Assembly: GCF_001194135.2 (NCBI RefSeq)
Contig: NC_069010.1
Location: 3,369,029-3,401,916, forward strand
Reading direction: 5' to 3'
Length of the DNA: 32,888 nt
Source: Octopus bimaculoides
Lineage: Eukaryota
Shown here: positions 32,085 through 32,888 of the stretch, one piece after another
Layout of the letters: each line of letters opens with the position of its first letter
How positions within the stretch are numbered: the stretch's first letter is position 1
Notes under the pieces: generated by a model
The model's database searches: none
The model's input: the letters and a program-made list of their open reading frames with translations, nothing else
What the model was told of the DNA's origin: nothing
Position numbers and translations under genes: made by a program

Positions 32085-32282
32085 GGTAATTTGACTGCGG
32101 CCATACTGGGGCACCGCCTTGAAGAACTTTTAGCCGAATGAATCGATCTCAGCACTTTTTTTTTGTTTTAAAAGCTTAGTACCTACTATATAGGTCTATT
32201 TTGCCGAACCGCTAAGTTATGGAGGCGTAAACACGCCAACACCGCTTGCCAAGTGGTGGTGGGTGACAAAACACACACATGC

Positions 32283-32360
<78 letters not shown>

Positions 32361-32505
32361 GCTTTCGGTGCGCGACGAGCTTCTTTCAGTTTCCGTCTAC
32401 CAAATCCACTCACAAGGCTTTGGTCAGCCCAAGGCTATGATGGAAGACACTTGCCCAAGGTGCCACGCTGTGGGATTGAACCTGGAACCATGTGGTTGGG
32501 AAGCA
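32085..32505 (-). mobile_element. Family A SINE with expanded (TA)n spacer
   Basis: Reverse-complement tail, about 70 bp of (TA)n, then the head. Confidence 0.8.
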
Positions 32506-32644
32506 AACACACACACACATAAAAGTGTGTGTCTAAAGATGTGTGTATATATAAAAACAAGTATACAGACGTGTTACAACAAAGCAGGTGGGTGTTGTAC
32601 ACAAAGACGTATATGTATAAAGTTGTGTATAAAGATACGGTGAG

Positions 32645-32713
32645 TGTATATAGATAGATAGATAGATAGATAGACAGAGAGACACAGTGTGTGTGTATCT
32701 ATCTATCTATATA

Positions 32714-32760
<47 letters not shown>
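32645..32760. repeat. (AGAT)n, (TA)n and (GA)n microsatellites
   Basis: Directly visible. Confidence 0.9.
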
Positions 32761-32765
<5 letters not shown>

Positions 32766-32888
32766 TTTGTGTATATTAAGAATGTGTGTGTAAAAAAAAG
32801 AAGGCGAAGAGAAGTGTAGGCGATGACGACACGAAGACAGAAAGATAGAGGCAAAAAGATGAAGAGGGGGGGGGGAAGAATGAGAGAG

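Noticed and set aside
31899-32141. 80-aa Asp/Ala-rich ORF
   Set aside because: Derived from (GAT)n/(GGC)n repeats and a SINE tail, with no splice or homology support.

Overview
Eukaryotic, AT-rich and extremely repeat-dense genomic scaffold with 11 N-gaps. The repeat landscape (tRNA-derived SINEs with internal microsatellites, RTE LINE debris, long (TA)n/(CA)n runs) looks like an octopus genome; this species assignment is inference from recall, not a search. Two convergent protein-coding genes are supported. (1) ARMT1/DUF89 damage-control phosphatase on +, with two coding exons, join(10256..10770,12530..13391), 458 aa. (2) An uninterrupted 1011-aa C2H2 zinc-finger ORF on - (27343..30378) with 13 fingers in two clusters. 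The rest is SINEs of at least three families, fragments of an RTE LINE, a decayed CRE-like (restriction-like endonuclease) retrotransposon, a TTAA/piggyBac-type MITE with a paralogous empty site, a foldback element enclosing head-to-head telomere-like repeats, a putative retroposon with a tandemly reiterated ~125-bp 3' unit, and micro/minisatellites. Most ORF-track entries are microsatellite, gap or antisense artefacts. I see no clear multi-gene novel system. The best leads are the internally duplicated knuckle+finger module and CtBP/SUMO motif cluster of the ZNF protein, the foldback/telomeric element, a PHD finger inside an RTE reverse transcriptase, and inverted-repeat (dsRNA) structures.
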